From the NCBI GenBank assembly GCA_963731255.1, contig CAVSUO010000003.1, forward strand, positions 139,100 to 203,099: a stretch of 64,000 bases of DNA. Direction: 5' to 3'. The notes beneath the pieces were generated by a model, which made no database searches, was not told the origin of the DNA, and worked only from the letters and a program-made list of their open reading frames with translations. The position numbers and the translations under genes were made by a program. The stretch comes from an uncultured Actinomycetes bacterium. Its GTDB lineage: Bacteria; Actinomycetota; Acidimicrobiia; Acidimicrobiales; AC-9. Positions 18,570 to 28,929 of this stretch are shown in pieces (the first letter of the stretch is position 1; the number at the start of each line of letters is the position of its first letter).

Positions 18570-19820
18570 ATGCGCAGCCTCGCCGTCCTCTCCATGCACA
18601 CCTCGCCGCTGGCGCAGCCGGGCACCGGAGACGGCGGCGGGATGAACGTGTACGTCCGCGAGCTCTCGGCTGCCCTGGCGCGGACGGGCGTGGAGTGCGA
18701 CGTCTACACGCGGGCCTGGTCGGACACGTTGCCGGCGACGGTCCCGGTCGAGCCCGGCCTGCGGGTCCACCACGTGCCCGCCGGCCCTCTGGCGCACCTG
18801 CCCAAGGAGGCCCTCCCCGGCGTGGTGGAGGAGTTCACCGAAGGTGTGCTCGCCCGGATGAACGGCGCATCGGCGGGGTCGAGAGTCGTCCCGACGCCAT
18901 CCACGCCAACTACTGGCTGTCGGGGATGGCCGGCCACGCTCTGAAGCACGAGCTCGGCCTGCCGCTGGTGTCCACGTTCCACACGCTCGACCGGGTGAGG
19001 GCCGAGGCCAGCCCCGAGGACGTGGGCGCGGCCGAGCCCGCCCGGCGGGCCGAGGCCGAGGCGCGCGTGATCGGCTGCTCCGACGCCGTGCTGGCCTCGT
19101 GCTCGGTGGAGGCGGACCAGATCTCCGAGCTGTACGGAGGCGAGCCGTCACGCATCGAGATCGTGGCCCCGGGTGTGGACCACGCCTTCTTCTCGCCTGG
19201 CTATCGCCCCCAGGCCCGCCGGGCGCTGGGCCTTCCCGAGCTGCGGGCCCGTCCTGCTGTTCGTCGGGCGCATCCAGCCGCTGAAAGGAGCGAGCGTCGC
19301 CGTGGAGGCGCTCGCTCGCCTCGAGCCCGTGCGTGACGCCGTGCTCGTCGTGGTCGGGGGCCCCAGCGGACCGCGGGGACAGGCCGAGCTGAGCAGGCTG
19401 CACACCCTCGTCCACGAGCTCGGGCTGGACGGCCGCGTTCGCTTCGTTCCGCCCCAGCGCCACGAGATGCTGTCGACGTACTACCGCTCGGCCGACGTCT
19501 GTCTCGTACCCAGCCGCTCGGAGTCGTTCGGGCTGGTGGCCCTGGAGGCCGCCGCCTGTGGCACGCCGGTCGTGGCGTCGGCCGTGGGCGGGCTTCGCAC
19601 CCTGGTCGACCAGGGCCGTACCGGCTTCCTCGTCGAGGACCGCGACCCGGTGGCCTTCGCCGCCTACGTCGCCGCCCTGCTGGACGACCCCGCGTTGGCC
19701 GGAGAGCTGGCGGTCAACGCCGCCGCCGGAGCCAGGGTCTACACCTGGTCGGGGGCGGCCGCCCGGTTGCGCAGCCTCTACGCCGAGCTCACCGACCGTC
19801 AGCTGGTGGACTGCCTGTAG
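18570..19820 (+). CDS. mshA: D-inositol-3-phosphate glycosyltransferase (mycothiol biosynthesis), two frame breaks (~18875, ~19240)
   Basis: N-terminus LSMHTSPLAQPGTGDGGGMNVYV is the MshA signature. HANYWLSG, FVGRIQPLKG and PSRSESFGLVALEAAACGTPVVA (GT4) lie in the three ORF-track pieces 18570, 18695 and 19173. Confidence 0.85.
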
Positions 19821-20294
19821 ATGGGCACAGGCGCGGCGTCGGCTCGGGAGCTGGACGACATCGCCGCCCGCATCAGCGACTGGGCCGAGCGCCAGCTGAA
19901 GGCTGACGGAATGCTCGTGGCCGTGGACCACGATCCGGAGGCTCGCCGGTGGTACGCCCGCATGCGGGGAGAGGAGAAAGCCGTCATCACCGTCTGGCTC
20001 ACCCTGCGCGAACGCAGCCTGCACCACGAGACCCAGGTGATGCCCGCTCCCGAGGAGAACGTCGAGGCCTGCTACGAGTACCTGCTGCGCCGCAATGCCA
20101 GCCTGATCGGCGCACGCTTCGCGCTCGGTGCGGAGGACGCGGTGTACCTCGTCGGGCAGACCCCCGTGGACGCGGTGAGCGACGCCGCTCTGGACCACAT
20201 CGTGGGGTCGGCCTACGCGTACACCGAGGAGTGCTTCCCGACGGCGATGTCGATCGGCTACGCCAGCCGCTTCCGCCGCCCCCGGCGCGGCTAG
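19821..20294 (+). CDS. YbjN-domain protein
   Basis: 157 aa immediately after mshA, as in mycobacteria (Rv0487-like position). Pattern WYARMRGEEKAVITVWLTL...LLRRNASL. Confidence 0.6.
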   Translation: MGTGAASARELDDIAARISDWAERQLKADGMLVAVDHDPEARRWYARMRGEEKAVITVWLTLRERSLHHETQVMPAPEENVEACYEYLLRRNASLIGARFALGAEDAVYLVGQTPVDAVSDAALDHIVGSAYAYTEECFPTAMSIGYASRFRRPRRG

Positions 20295-20454
20295 CGATCA
20301 CCGGAGCCGCTGAGACAGGCGCGTGCTAGCGTGCGTGGGCGAGGCCCGAGGGGCGGAGCGGCGACTTTCGTTCGGGGAAGTGCGGGAGTTGTCGTGAGGT
20401 TCCTCGGGCCCGTTTCGCGCCTGGGCGGCCGACCGATGGCGTAGCCTCCGCCCG

Positions 20455-21252
20455 ATGTCGAGGCCGCGTCTGGTGATCGTCGGCGGAGGCCGGATGGGCG
20501 AGGCCCTGCTCGGTGGGCTGCTCGCCACGGAGTGGGCGGAGGCGTCGGAGCTGGCGGTGAGCGAGAAGCTCCCAGGTGTTCGCTCGGCGCTCGTCGATCG
20601 GCATCCCGGTGTCGCCGTCGATGCCGCGCCGGTGGCTGCGGACGGCATGGTGCTGGCCGTCAAGCCCGACGACGCCGAAGCGGCGTGTCGGCAGGTGGCC
20701 GAGGTCGGCGCCGAGCGGCTCGTCTCGATCGTCACTGGCGTGCCCATCGAGCGGCTCGAGGATTGGCTGGGCGGTGGAGCCGCGGTGGTGCGAGCCGTGC
20801 CGAACACCCCGGCCCTCGTCGGGGCGGGGGCCACCGCCATCGCCGCCGGCAACCATGCCGGCGAGGCAGACGTGAGCTGGGCCGAGCACGTCCTCGGATC
20901 GGTCGGTCGGGTCGTGCGGGTACCCGAGCACCTGCTCGACGCCGTCACCGGGCTGTCGGGCTCGGGTCCGGCCTACGTGTACCTCCTGGTGGAGGCGCTG
21001 GTGGAGGCGGGCGTGCTCAACGGGCTGACGTGGGACCTGAGCCGGGACCTCGTCGTCCAGACCGTGCTGGGCTCGGCCCGGCTCCTGCAGGAGACGGGAG
21101 AACGGCCGGAATCCCTGCGCAGCGCCGTGGTCTCGCCGGGGGGGACGACGGCCGCGGGACTGGCCGTCCTCGAGTCGCGGGCGGTGCGAGGGGCCGTGCT
21201 GGAGGCGGTCGCCGCCGCCACCGAGCGGGCCCACCAGCTCGGCCTGCACTGA
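20455..21252 (+). CDS. proC: Pyrroline-5-carboxylate reductase
   Basis: LVIVGGGRMGEALL (Rossmann), VRAVPNTPALVGAGATA, LSGSGPAYVYLLVEAL, VVSPGGTTAAGL. Confidence 0.9.
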   Translation: MSRPRLVIVGGGRMGEALLGGLLATEWAEASELAVSEKLPGVRSALVDRHPGVAVDAAPVAADGMVLAVKPDDAEAACRQVAEVGAERLVSIVTGVPIERLEDWLGGGAAVVRAVPNTPALVGAGATAIAAGNHAGEADVSWAEHVLGSVGRVVRVPEHLLDAVTGLSGSGPAYVYLLVEALVEAGVLNGLTWDLSRDLVVQTVLGSARLLQETGERPESLRSAVVSPGGTTAAGLAVLESRAVRGAVLEAVAAATERAHQLGLH

Positions 21253-21305
21253 CCAGGTGGAGCCATCGGGCCCCGTGGCGTACAGTCGCTCCTGGGTGGA
21301 GAGGG

Positions 21306-21512
21306 GTGATTCCGCTGACCAAGGCACAGTATGCGACGGCCCGGTTCCTCACCGTGGCCGAGGTGGCCAGCCTCCTGCGGGTCTCCAGCATGACGGTGTA
21401 CCGGCTGATCAACGCCGGCGAGCTGCCGGCCGTGCGCATCGGGAAGTCGTACCGGCTCCGTGAGGACGACGTCGACAAGTACCTCACCGACCGCTACACC
21501 GAGGCTGGCTGA
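21306..21512 (+). CDS. Small excisionase-family/MerR-like HTH DNA-binding protein
   Basis: 68 aa from GTG 21306. FLTVAEVASLLRVSSMTVYRLINAGELPAVRIGKSYRL. Conserved position downstream of proC in actinobacteria. Confidence 0.7.
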   Translation: MIPLTKAQYATARFLTVAEVASLLRVSSMTVYRLINAGELPAVRIGKSYRLREDDVDKYLTDRYTEAG

Positions 21513-21568
21513 CCGCTCCCCCGTCCGGGATCACGCCGCTGGCGGCCCGAGCTGACAGGCTGGCGCCG

Positions 21569-22408
21569 GTGTCAGCTCGGCGCAGGAACCGGGACACGAT
21601 CTCGTTTCTCTCCGACTACGGCACCGACGACGAGTTCGTCGGCGTCGTGAAGTCCGTGCTGCGCCAGCTCGCTCGTCATGCTGTCGTGATCGACATCACC
21701 CACCAGCTGCCGCCCCACGACGTGAGGGCAGGAGCCCTGACGCTGCAGCGCGCCGCCCCGTTCCTCGTGCCCGGTGTGGTCCTGGCGGTGGTGGACCCCG
21801 GCGTGGGCACGACCCGCCGGGCCGTCGCCGTGGAGGTGGAGCCCGACCCCCGCTGGGTGTTCGTCGGTCCGGACAACGGGGTCCTGGCCCCGGCCCTGGA
21901 CGCGCTCGGTGCGAGGGGCCGGGCCGTGTCGCTGGGCGATCGCCGACGCTCTGCCGTTGGGCCGGCCACGGGTGCCACCTTCGACGGCCGGGACCTCTTC
22001 GCGCCCGCTGCCGCGCGCCTGTGCACCGGGGCCGACCTGGAGGACCTCGGTCCGCTGATCGATACCGCCAGCCTCGTGCCCGGGCCCCGACCGTCGGTCG
22101 TGCACAAGGAGACGGGCGTGGCCACCGAGGTCCTCTGGATCGACCGGTTCGGGAACGCGCAGCTCGCGGCGCGGCCCGAGGACGCTGCCGACCTGGGCGA
22201 GCTCGTGCGTCTGATCCTCCCGAGCGGCGAGGTGGTGGCTCGCCGGGTCGCTTCATTCGCCGACATCGGGCCGGACCAGGTTGGGCTGGTGGTCGACTCC
22301 TCGGGCATGATCGCCGTGGCCCTGGATCGCCGGTCGGCGGCTGGCGAGCTGGGGCTGGCGGCGGGCGACGAGGTCGTGCTCGACAGGATGGACGCGAAAC
22401 GTGGGTAG
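21569..22408 (+). CDS. SAM hydroxide adenosyltransferase family protein (DUF62; chlorinase/fluorinase fold)
   Basis: ISFLSDYGTDDEFVGVVKSV...IDITHQLPPHDV...LAVVDPGVGTTRR...DRFGN are characteristic DUF62 motifs. Confidence 0.75.
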   Translation: MSARRRNRDTISFLSDYGTDDEFVGVVKSVLRQLARHAVVIDITHQLPPHDVRAGALTLQRAAPFLVPGVVLAVVDPGVGTTRRAVAVEVEPDPRWVFVGPDNGVLAPALDALGARGRAVSLGDRRRSAVGPATGATFDGRDLFAPAAARLCTGADLEDLGPLIDTASLVPGPRPSVVHKETGVATEVLWIDRFGNAQLAARPEDAADLGELVRLILPSGEVVARRVASFADIGPDQVGLVVDSSGMIAVALDRRSAAGELGLAAGDEVVLDRMDAKRG

Positions 22409-22417
22409 AAGCCGACG

Positions 22418-23914
22418 GTGAACCTGGCCACCATCATCGATCCCCACCCCGCCGACGCGCCGGCCCTGCTGAGCGACGACGGAGTCATCACGACCTACGG
22501 CGAGCTCCGCCGTCAGGTGGCGGGGATGCGGGGAGGTCTGGCTCGCCTGGGCGTGCACCCGGGTGACCGCGTCGCCATCATCTGTGCCAACACGCCCGCC
22601 TTCGTCGTGGCCTACCTCGCCATCCTCGGCGTCGGCGCCGTGGCCGTGCCGATCGACCCCGCCTACCCGCTCGCCGCCATCGAGCGCGAGCTGCGCGCCA
22701 TCGGGCCCCGGGTGGCTGTGGTCGGTCGAGCCGGCGCGGACGCCGTCGCCGCGCTCGACCGCGACGCCGTCGGGCTCGCCTCGGTCGTGGCGGCAGAAGG
22801 CAGCCGCGTCGAGGGAGCCGAGGACTACGGGGAGCTCGTCGAGGGGCCACCTGCCGACACGGTCGCCCGCGCCGACGCCAACCTCGCCGTCCTCATGTTC
22901 ACCGCCGGGACCGGCGGTGATCCCAAGGCGGCCATGCTGACGCACGGGAACCTGGTGGCCAACCTGGAGCAGGTGCAGGCATTCGCCGGTCAGGTGATGC
23001 ACCCGGAGGACGTCGGGATCGCCATCATCCCGTTCTTCCACATCTTCGGGCTCAACGTCGTCCTCGGTCTTCCCCTTCTGGCCGGGGCGAGCCTGGTGCT
23101 GGTCGAGCGCTTCGATGCCGACGCCACCTTGGCCCTGATCGCCGAACGCGGCGTGACGATCATCGCCGGCACGCCACACATGTACGCCGCCTGGGCGGCG
23201 GTCGAGGGCGCCAAGGGAGACGAGCTGCGCTCGGTGCGCCTGGCCGTGTCGGGTGCCTCGCCCCTGCCTGCGGAGGTGGGTCAGGCCATCGAGGATCGCT
23301 TCGGTGTGCCGCTCTGGGAGGGTTACGGGCTCACCGAGGCGGCGCCGATCGTGACGTCGTCGCTGATGCTCGGGCGACCCCGGCCTGGCGCCATCGGCGG
23401 TCCGTTGCCCGGCGTGGAGCTGCGCCTGGTCGACAGCAACGGCCAGGAGACCCTCCTCGGTGACGCCGGCGAGATCTGGGTGAAGGGACCGAACGTGTTC
23501 GCCGGGTACTGGAACGACCCGTCGACCACGGCCCGCGTCCTCACGCCCGACGGGTGGCTGCGCACGGGGGACGTGGCCGTGGCGGACGAGGACGGCTACC
23601 TGCACATCGTCGACCGGGCCAAGGACCTGATCATCGTCCTCGGCTTCAACGTGTACCCGGCCGAGGTCGAGGAGACGCTGATGAGCCATCCCGCCATCGC
23701 CGAAGCGGCGGCCGTGGGCGTGCCCCATCCGTCCTCGGGCGAGACGGTCAAGGCCATCGTCGTCCTCGAGCCGGGCGCGCGCCTCGACGCCGCCGAGGTC
23801 ATCGACTACTGCGCCGAGCGCCTTGCCCGCTACAAGTGCCCCACCGAGGTGACCTTCGCCACGTCGCTTCCCCACGGCCGCACGGGCAAGCTCCTGCGCC
23901 GGGCGCTGCACTAG
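22418..23914 (+). CDS. fadD: AMP-dependent acyl-CoA synthetase/ligase
   Basis: MFTAGTGGDPKAAMLTHGNL (AMP-binding box), EGYGLTEA, WLRTGDVAVADEDGYLHIVDRAKD, GKLLRR. Confidence 0.85.
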   Translation: MNLATIIDPHPADAPALLSDDGVITTYGELRRQVAGMRGGLARLGVHPGDRVAIICANTPAFVVAYLAILGVGAVAVPIDPAYPLAAIERELRAIGPRVAVVGRAGADAVAALDRDAVGLASVVAAEGSRVEGAEDYGELVEGPPADTVARADANLAVLMFTAGTGGDPKAAMLTHGNLVANLEQVQAFAGQVMHPEDVGIAIIPFFHIFGLNVVLGLPLLAGASLVLVERFDADATLALIAERGVTIIAGTPHMYAAWAAVEGAKGDELRSVRLAVSGASPLPAEVGQAIEDRFGVPLWEGYGLTEAAPIVTSSLMLGRPRPGAIGGPLPGVELRLVDSNGQETLLGDAGEIWVKGPNVFAGYWNDPSTTARVLTPDGWLRTGDVAVADEDGYLHIVDRAKDLIIVLGFNVYPAEVEETLMSHPAIAEAAAVGVPHPSSGETVKAIVVLEPGARLDAAEVIDYCAERLARYKCPTEVTFATSLPHGRTGKLLRRALH

Positions 23915-23934
23915 CACCCGGGTACGCTTTCGTC

Positions 23935-24637
23935 ATGGCCGATGGACGGCTCCGGCGTATCCCGGAGGCGACGGTCGCACGGCTCCCTGTCTACTGGCGG
24001 GCTCTGCTCGAGCTGGCCGAGGCCGGGACCCCCACCGTGTCCTCCGAGGGGCTGGCGGAGATGGCGGGTGAGAACGCGGCCAAGGTCCGGAAGGATCTCT
24101 CCCACCTGGGCTCCTACGGCACGCGGGGCGCCGGCTACGACGTGCAGCTGCTCACGACCCAGATCGGTCACGAGCTCGGCCTCAACGAGGACTGGCCGGT
24201 CGTGATCGTCGGCGTCGGGAACCTCGGCCGGGCCCTGGCCAACTACCGGGGGTTCTCGTCCCGAGGCTTTCGGGTGGCCGCCCTGGTCGACGCCGATCCG
24301 GCCAAGGTGGGCCAGGTGATGGGGGGACTGGTCGTGAGCCCGGTCGACGATCTGCCGGTCGCTGGTCGAGCGCGAGCGGCTCGCCATCGGGCTCATCGCC
24401 ACGCCGGCGACGGCCGCCCAGGGCGTCGCCGACCGTCTCGTGGCCGCCGGGGTCACCTCACTGCTCAACTTCGCGCCGGCCGTGCTGACCACGCCCGATC
24501 ACGTCCTCCTCCGTCAGGTCGACCTCTCCATCGAGCTGCAGATCCTCAGCTTCTACGAGCGCCATCCGCTCGAGGTCGCCATGCGACGGGCGAAGATGGT
24601 GGGCGACCTGGCAGCCCGCCCGGCGCCGTCGTTCTAG
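23935..24637 (+). CDS. rex: Redox-sensing transcriptional repressor Rex, frame-broken near 24358
   Basis: IPEATVARLPVYWRALLEL, VIVGVGNLGRALANY. The C-terminus LVERERLAIGLIATPATAAQGVADRLVAAGVTSLLNFAP is in the 24440 frame. Confidence 0.85.
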
Positions 24638-24652
24638 ATCGGAACCGATGCC

Positions 24653-25282
24653 GTGGCTGTCGACACGCCCCAGTACCCGGTGAACCTGGTCCTGGACGAT
24701 CAGCCCTGTCTGGTGGTGGGGGCGGGGCGGATCGCGGCCCGCAAGGCCGAGGGACTGCTGGCCTGCGGCGCCAGGGTCCACGTGATCGCCGCACAGGTCG
24801 ACAGCCAGGTCCGTTCCCTCGAGGGCGTCAGCTGGGAGGAGCGGCCCTACCGGCGAGGCGATGTCGCCGGCTACCGGCTCGTCATCGCCGCCACCGACGA
24901 CCAGGCCGTCAACCGGGCCGTCTACGAGGACGGCGAGGCTGAGGGGGTCTGGGTGAACAGCGCCGACGACCCCGCGTCGTGCGCCTTCACCCTGCCCTCG
25001 GTCATCCGCCAGGGGGCGGTGATGGTCACGGTCTCGACCGGCGGGCGCAGTCCCGCCCTGTCGGCCTGGCTCGGGGCCCGGCTCGCCGCCCAGCTCGGAC
25101 CGGAGTACGGGGTGCTGGGCGAGCTGCTGTCGACCGAGCGGGAACGCCTCAGGGCGGCGGGACGCTCGACCGAGGGACTCGACTGGCAAAAGGCGCTCGA
25201 CTCCGACATGCTCGATCTCATAAGGAGCGGCCAGGTCGACCGAGCGAGGGAGCGGCTGCAGGCGTGTCTGTCGTCGTCGTAG
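24653..25282 (+). CDS. Precorrin-2 dehydrogenase / sirohydrochlorin ferrochelatase (siroheme synthase N-terminal domain type)
   Basis: YPVNLVLDDQPCLVVGAGRIAARKAEGLLACGARVHVIA. About 200 aa. Its end overlaps the hemA start by 19 nt. Confidence 0.75.
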   Translation: MAVDTPQYPVNLVLDDQPCLVVGAGRIAARKAEGLLACGARVHVIAAQVDSQVRSLEGVSWEERPYRRGDVAGYRLVIAATDDQAVNRAVYEDGEAEGVWVNSADDPASCAFTLPSVIRQGAVMVTVSTGGRSPALSAWLGARLAAQLGPEYGVLGELLSTERERLRAAGRSTEGLDWQKALDSDMLDLIRSGQVDRARERLQACLSSS

Positions 25283-26529
25283 GGCTCAACCAGCGCACCG
25301 TGGCGCTCGACATGCTCGAGCGCATGACGGTGGGTGACGCCCAGCTCCCCAAGGCGCTCCGCGACCTCAGGGACAGCTCCCACCTCTCCGAGGTCGTCGT
25401 CCTCTCCACGTGCATGCGGACGGAGGTCTACGCCGTCGTCGAGCGCTTCCACGGGGGAGTGAGCGACATCCGCAGCTTCCTGGCCCGGCTGAGCTCCACG
25501 CCGCCGGAGGACTTCGCCGACGACCTCTACAGCTACTTCGAGGAGGGCGCGGCGGCGCACCTGTTCGAGGTGGCGGCCGGCATCGACTCACCCGTGCTGG
25601 GCGAGGGCGAGGTCCTGAGCCAGGTGCGCAACGCCTGGGAGCGGGCGTGGGAGGAGTCGGCGGCCGGACCCACGCTCTCGCACCTGTTCCGCCACGCCGT
25701 GGAGGTGGGAAAGCGGTCACGCTCGGAGACCGCCATCGCCCGGGGGATCACGTCCCTCTCCCAGGCTGCCGTCGCCCTGGTCCAGGAGCGGCTGGGGGGG
25801 TCGCTCGACGGCTACGACGTGCTGATGGTCGGCGCGGGCGATGTGGGCGAGGGGATGGCAGCGGCGCTCGCCTCCTCGGCCGGCGCCCGGCGGGTGATGG
25901 TGGCCAACCGGACCCAGGGCCGCGCCGTCGAGCTGGCCGAACGGGTCGGCGGTGAGACGGTCGAGCTCGGCGCCCTGGGCGAGGCGATGGCCGAAGTCGA
26001 CGTGGTGCTGACGTCCACGGGGTCGCCGTCCATCCTGCTCGAGGCGTCCGACCTGGCCCCGGTGGTCCGTCGCCGCCGCGGCCGGCCGCTGCTCGTGATG
26101 GACGTCGCCGTGCCCCGCGACGTCGATCCCGGTGTCGCCGCGCTCGACGGCGTGACGCTGCTGGACATGGACGACCTCCGGTCCTTCGCCGAGGCGGGGA
26201 TGGCAGGTCGCCGTCGTGAGGTCGCCCGGGTCCGGGCGCTGGTCGACGAGGAGCTCGAGCGGTACCTCGACAGCACCGCGGCACGGGGCGCGGCGCCGCT
26301 GGTGGCGTCGCTGCGAGCTCGGGCCGAGGACGTGAGGGTGGGGGAGCTGCAGCGGTTCCGCTCCCGCTTGAGCAGTCTCGACCCCAAGGAGCGGGAGGCC
26401 GTCGAGGCCCTGACCAGGGGCATCCTGGGCAAGCTCCTGCACGAGCCGACGGTGCAGCTCAAGGAGTCGGCCGGCTCGCCTCGGGCGGAGCGGCTCGGGG
26501 ACGCCCTGCGCACGCTCTTCGACCTGTAG
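25264..26529 (+). CDS. hemA: Glutamyl-tRNA reductase
   Basis: GTG 25264. VVGLNQRTVALDMLER, VVLSTCMRTEVYA, SPVLGEGEVLSQV, MVGAGDVGEG. Confidence 0.9.
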   Translation: MSVVVVGLNQRTVALDMLERMTVGDAQLPKALRDLRDSSHLSEVVVLSTCMRTEVYAVVERFHGGVSDIRSFLARLSSTPPEDFADDLYSYFEEGAAAHLFEVAAGIDSPVLGEGEVLSQVRNAWERAWEESAAGPTLSHLFRHAVEVGKRSRSETAIARGITSLSQAAVALVQERLGGSLDGYDVLMVGAGDVGEGMAAALASSAGARRVMVANRTQGRAVELAERVGGETVELGALGEAMAEVDVVLTSTGSPSILLEASDLAPVVRRRRGRPLLVMDVAVPRDVDPGVAALDGVTLLDMDDLRSFAEAGMAGRRREVARVRALVDEELERYLDSTAARGAAPLVASLRARAEDVRVGELQRFRSRLSSLDPKEREAVEALTRGILGKLLHEPTVQLKESAGSPRAERLGDALRTLFDL

Positions 26530-26540
26530 GGAGAGGCGTC

Positions 26541-27456
26541 GTGAGCGCTGCCCGGCCGGCGCTGCGGGCGGCCACCCGGGGCAGCGAGCTCGCCCGTTGG
26601 CAGACGAGCCACATCGGCGAGCTCCTCGGGCGGGAGATCGAGGCCGTCGTCGTCGACACCAGCGGCGATCGCCAGGGCGACGTGCCGATCTGGGAGATCG
26701 GCGGGCAGGGCGTCTTCGTCACCGAGGTGCAGGCGGCCGTGCTGGACGGGCGGGCCGACGTGGCGGTCCACTCGGCCAAGGACCTTCCGTCCGCCCCGAC
26801 GCCGGGGCTCGTGCTGGCCGCCATCCCGACGCGCGAGGACCCTCGTGACGCCCTCGTGGGGCGGGCGCTCGACGAGCTGCCCGCCGGGCGCGGTGGTGGC
26901 GACCGGGTCGGTGCGCCGGCGGGCCCAGCTGGCCTGGGCCCGGCCCGACCTGACCTTCGCCGGCCTCCGGGGCAACATCGCCACCCGTCTGGCCAAGGCC
27001 GCTCGCTACGACGCCGTCGTGGTGGCCCTGGCCGCGCTGCGCCGGCTGGGACGGACCGACCGTGTGGCCGAAGCTCTCGATCCCGCCCTGATGCTGCCCC
27101 AGGTCGGCCAGGGCGCTCTCGCCGTCGAGTGCCGTCTGGGCGACGAGGCCACGCTGGAGGCCGTGGTCGCGGCCGACCACGCTCCGTCGAGGCGGGCCGT
27201 CGAGGCCGAGCGCTCCTTCCTGGCCGAGCTCGGTGGCAGCTGCGACCTGCCCGTGGGTGCGTACGCCGAGCCGGGCGGCGGCGCCGATCTCCAGCTCTCG
27301 GGCATGGTCTCGAGCCTCGACGGGCGGGTGATGCTCCGCCAGGCCATGGTGGGAACGGACCCGGGATCGCTCGGCCGGGGTCTGGCCCGCCACCTCCTCG
27401 ACGACTGCGGCGGGCAGGCGGTCCTCGACGACCTCGCCGGCGCGGGTGTCCCGTGA
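26541..27456 (+). CDS. hemC: Porphobilinogen deaminase (hydroxymethylbilane synthase), frame-broken near 26889
   Basis: LRAATRGSELARWQ, DVAVHSAKDLP, then GSVRRRAQL...RGNIATRL...GSCDLPVGAY in the 26845 frame. Confidence 0.85.
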
Positions 27457-28929
27457 CCGTGTACCTCGTCGGTGCCGGGCCCGGCGACCCCGGCCTGCTG
27501 ACGGTCAGGGGCGCCGAGGTGCTCGGCCGGGCCGAGGTGGTGGTCCACGACCGGCTGGCGGAGCGGTCGCTCCTCGACCTCGCCCCCGGCGCGGCGGAGC
27601 GGATCGACGTCGGCAAGCGGCCCGGCTTTCCCGTGCACCAGGACGAGATCAACGCCCTGCTCGTGGAGCAGGGCCGCGCCGGCCGTCAGCGTCGTGCGGC
27701 TCAAGGGGGGCGACCCGTTCGTGTTCGGCCGCGGAGGCGAGGAGGCCGAGGCCCTGGCCGCCGGAGGCGTCGAGTTCGAGGTCGTGCCCGGTGTGTCGGC
27801 GGCGGTCGCCGTTCCCGCCTACGCCGGGGTCCCCGTGACCCACCGCGGGCTCTCGACGTCGTTCACCGTCGTGACGGGCCACAGCCGCCAGGCCCTCGAC
27901 GCCGACGTCGACTGGGGCGCCCTGGCCAAGGTCGGCGGGACGATCGTCGTTCTGATGGGCGTCGCCCACCGCGACGAGATCGCCAGGCGGCTCATCGAAG
28001 GAGGGCGACCGGCCACGACGCCCGTGGTCGCGGTCAGCTGGGGCACCCGACCGGGCCAGCGAAGTGTGCGCACGACGCTCGCCGGCCTGGCCGCGACCGA
28101 GCTGGCGCCGCCGGTCACCATGGTGATCGGTGCGGTCGCCCAGATGGACCTGGCCTGGTTCGAGCGGCGGCCGCTCCTCGGTTGGACGGTGGTCGTGACC
28201 CGGGCACGGTCCCAGGCCTCCACCCTGGTCGATCGCCTGCGGGCGGTCGGAGCGGGGACCGTGGAGCTCCCGGTCATCTCGGTCGCCGGGGCGGCCGACG
28301 GAGGCGCCTCGCTGCGGTCCGCCGCCGCCCGCCTGGACGGCTACGAGTGGGTCGTCTTCACCTCGGCCAACGCCGTGGAGGCGCTCATGGCCGAGGTGCG
28401 CGACGCGCGCGCCTTCGGGGCCGCCAGCGTCGCCGCCATCGGCCCCGGCACGGCGCAGACCCTCGCCCGCTTCGGCCTGGTCGCCGACCTCGTGCCCGGG
28501 CGTTTCGTCGCCGAGGATCTCGTCGACGCCTTCCCCGACGGGCCGCCAGCCGGCCCGGTGGGCAGCGGGCGGGTGCTCCTGCCCCGGGCGGCCGACGCCC
28601 GGGACGTGCTCCCCAAGGGGCTGCAGGCCAAGGGGTGGCAGGTCGACGTGGTCGAGGCGTACCGCACCGAGCGGCTTCGCCCGTCCCCCGACGAGCTGGC
28701 CGCGGTCAGGGGCGCCCAGGTCGTCACCTTCACCTCTTCCTCGACGGTCACGGGCTTCCTCGACGTCGTCGGCCGCGAGGACGTGCCCCCGATCGTGGCG
28801 TGCATCGGGCCCGTCACCGCCGACACGGCCCGATCGAGGGGGCTGCACGTCGACGTGGTCGCGTCGACGCACACGATCGAGGGGCTGGTCGACGCCCTGG
28901 TGGAAGCCCGCCCTAGGCTGAAGGCGTGA
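27453..28929 (+). CDS. Fused uroporphyrinogen-III C-methyltransferase / uroporphyrinogen-III synthase, frame-broken near 27680
   Basis: VYLVGAGPGDPGLLTVRG, then RLKGGDPFVFGRGGEE...VPGVSAAVAVPAYAGVPVTHR in the 27694 frame. HemD-like C-terminal half (WVVFTSANAV...VTFTSSSTV). The GTG start overlaps the hemC stop (GTGA). Confidence 0.8.
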
